From Vicugna vicugna (taxonomy: Eukaryota): 64,000 nucleotides of DNA. Position 1 is the stretch's first letter. Each line of letters opens with the position of its first letter. This document shows, one piece after another, positions 61,461 to 64,000 of this stretch. The stretch lies in contig MU058198.1 of assembly GCA_013265495.1 (NCBI GenBank), forward strand, positions 4,913,779-4,977,778, in the 5' to 3' direction. Under the pieces are notes generated by a model. That model was not told where the DNA came from and did no database searches. It was given only the letters and a program-made list of their open reading frames with translations. Both the position numbers and the translations under genes were made by a program.

Positions 61461-61939
61461 CAGGATGGGTCCTAGGTCCTTTAAATTCTAAGCCTTAATA
61501 AGACCAATAAATTTATATTAATTATTAATTATATTATAATTAACAAATGATAAGTAATTAATAAGATTAATAAGATGGGGTTGCTGAGGGTGTTATCAGA
61601 CCCCTGTGGCTGGTCCTGGACCGGCACTGGGCTCAGCTGTCTGGAGGAGGCTGTAGTGTTTCCATCCAGCGGGGCTCGGGGAGCATGGATTGGTGGGCTG
61701 TTCATTTGTTTGGTTGTCGTATATTGGGTGTCTGCTGTGTGTCTCTTCTGCTTTGATGCCAGTGATACAAAGATAAATAAAAGAGCATTCTTCTCTAGAT
61801 CAGCCACAGAGTAGAGAGAAAGACAGACACACAAACAGACAGTGGCTGAGTGGCCCATGATCTGGGTATATGGGTCTATACTTAGGAAGTTCTGGGAGGG
61901 AGGAGGACCCGGCAGGCAGCTCGCATCGCCTACAACAGG

Positions 61940-62060
61940 GTCGCCTCTGACCCTTTAATGTGCAGGTAGAGCGCCTGGGATCTTGTTGAAAGGCAGATCT
62001 GATTCGCTAGGTCCGGGATGGTGATGCTGTTGGTCCAGGAGCCCTGCTTTGAGTTGAAAG
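61940..62060. mobile_element. MER5-like MITE fragment
   Basis: cctgggatcttgttgaaaggcagatctgattc...gatgctgttggtccagg. Confidence 0.6.
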
Positions 62061-62425
62061 AGTTTGCAGAAACGTGAAGGTGATGTGATAAAGCCTCGAG
62101 AGGTGAATCAAGCTTTGCAAGGTGGAGAAGAAGGGAAAGGGTTCCCAGGCTGAGAGAGAGTGGTACCCAGAGGCGTGCAGTTCAAGGCTGGCCTGGGAGA
62201 CGGTAGGAAGTACAACGTGATTGGCCCTTTGTTGGGTAGGAGGTGAGGTGGCCGTGTGCACACTGTACAGACTGCTCTGTAAGGGGCAGGGAGCCACGGA
62301 GGCTCATTCAGGCAGCCATCTAAAGGAGTATGTTTTAGAAAGACCATTTCATTGACAGGCTGATAGTAATTTGCTTTTCCAATGATAATCTTTTAAAAAT
62401 TCAAAACCAGACACTTCCCCTAAAG

Positions 62426-62634
62426 CAGAGTGTCTTGATTTGGGCACTGTTGACATTACAGGCAGCTAATTCTTTTTTCGGGGGGTGCTGTCCTATGTAC
62501 TGTAAAATATTTACTAGCATCTCTCCACTAGATGCCCAGAGCATCCTGCTCCCCAGTTGTGACAACCGAAAATGACTCCTGATATGACCAGATGTCCGCT
62601 GGGTGGCAAAACAGCCCCTGGTTGAGAACCACGG
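62426..62634 (-). mobile_element. MER20 hAT-Charlie MITE
   Basis: ggcactgttgacatt, ccactagatgcc, cagttgtgacaaccgaaaatg, ggttgagaaccac; degenerate 8-bp TSD ccctaaag/ctctcaag. Confidence 0.9.
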
Positions 62635-63284
62635 CTCTCAAGCATGAAATGTTTCATGCTTCTTTGTATCCCCTTCGTGGAAGCCCAGATCCTTCAAATA
62701 TTCAGTAGCCCTGCAAGATTCCTGGAAGAGGTTCAGTTGAAGAGCATCACCTCCGAGCTCTATCGATCTGCTTCTTGCTTCTCGGAAGCAGCAGCGAGGA
62801 GAGGAGAGCCTGGTGTGGAGTGAGAAACACGAACACACCTGCTTATAAATTCTGTTTTAAAAGTAATAGAATCATCTGCCCCTTTCCTCCACTTCTGAGC
62901 CCTTTCCCGTTTCTGGATGCACAATGAGCTGTCGAGGAGAATATAGGCACGTCATGAAAATTCCAGGTCCTTAACGTCTGTGGACGTGTTTGGAGTTCTA
63001 AGAACACTTTTAAGGTAGGATGATACCCAGGTAGATTCCCACAGAGATAGCGAGCATCTAGTAATTTCCTGTCCGTCGTCAGAACAGATCAGGCTGGCTG
63101 ATGTTTACACAACCTGAGCTGACGTCTCCTGATCTTTCTGCCTTTACTTTCGCCTGGTGATGATGCGTACACGTAGCATGCCAGGCTAGGGAGTGTTAAC
63201 TGTGAAAAACATGAATGAACAACAACAAAAATAACCTTACACTTTCTCAATACTGATGGTCTTGGAGGGTAGGGAGAGAGGTAG

Positions 63285-64000
63285 TGGTTAGATAGCATGG
63301 GCTGCAGCTTAAAACAGGATAGGGTTTGAGTCAGAGTCCTGGCCCGGTTGCTAAGATGGGGCAAAGCTACTTAACCTCTCCAAGACTCAGCGCCATGGTC
63401 TGGAAGAAAAAGGGTTCATGAGGATTAAATGCAAGGATGGTATGTTAAGGGATTAGCTGAGTGAGTGCCTGGCATGTTAAAAAAAAAAAGAAAAGAAAAT
63501 TCTCAGTGTCAATTTTTTGGGGACACATCATGGTGATCTTTACTTCCTTGAGACAGGGAGGAGGAAACGTGGCACTGCCATTCATTGCGTGTCTGTTACG
63601 GGCCAGACCACCGCAGACCGCGTGACCTCCTGACCAGGGGTACAGAGAGACGAGTACCCTGGCATCACATAGCTAGCTCATTAGTGGCAGAGGAAGAATT
63701 CAAATCTAGATCTGACTCCAAAACCCATGTTTCTTCAACAGCATCGTGCTGTGCGCTGAGATGTGGCTCAAGCAGAAAGTGATTGGCTGTTTGATGCTCT
63801 GTGAGGCAGCGTGAACTCTGAAACGTGCGGATGTCTAGCGTACTGTGTCCTTTGCCACTGGTCTTTGAATCAGTTCTTCAGTGCAGGTACTAGTGCCTTT
63901 TGCCATTGGCCAATTTTGTGATACTGGGCAAATTAACCTCCTGGAACCTCCATGTCCACATCTCTAAAAGGAGATGATGATCCCTCCTAGGTGGGAATTA
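63285..64000. mobile_element. Three MIR copies (+, -, +)
   Basis: ctacttaacctctcc..gaggattaaatg (+); ttagtggcagaggaagaattcaaatctagatctgactccaaaacccatg (-); gtgatactgggcaaattaacctc (+). Confidence 0.8.

Overview
This is mammalian genomic DNA, most likely camelid (alpaca, llama or camel). The evidence is two tRNA-Ala-derived SINEs of the Vic-1 type and L1 3' ends resembling camelid L1s, recognised from memory rather than by database search. I could not recognise any cellular protein-coding exon, RNA gene or CRISPR array. The ORFs with recognisable protein similarity are all decayed LINE-1 ORF1/ORF2 fragments; the others are low-complexity or chance ORFs. The first ~19.6 kb is AT-rich and mostly a stack of nested L1s, nearly all on the minus strand. 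The remainder is more GC-rich, with MIR, L2, MaLR (MLT1) and ERV solo LTRs, hAT MITEs, (TCCA)n-type repeats and one rearranged ~5 kb L1. The L1 strand bias would fit a large intron of a + strand gene. The most notable observations are: a rearranged L1 with twin-priming-like geometry and an inverted RT snippet; a doubly deleted L1 that keeps both ends; a 64-bp higher-order repeat; a candidate 6-nt microexon; and GATA and HOX/CDX-TCF motif clusters in apparently unique sequence. I found no support for a new biological system here. Repeat subfamily names and most boundaries are approximate unless a TSD or TIR is quoted.
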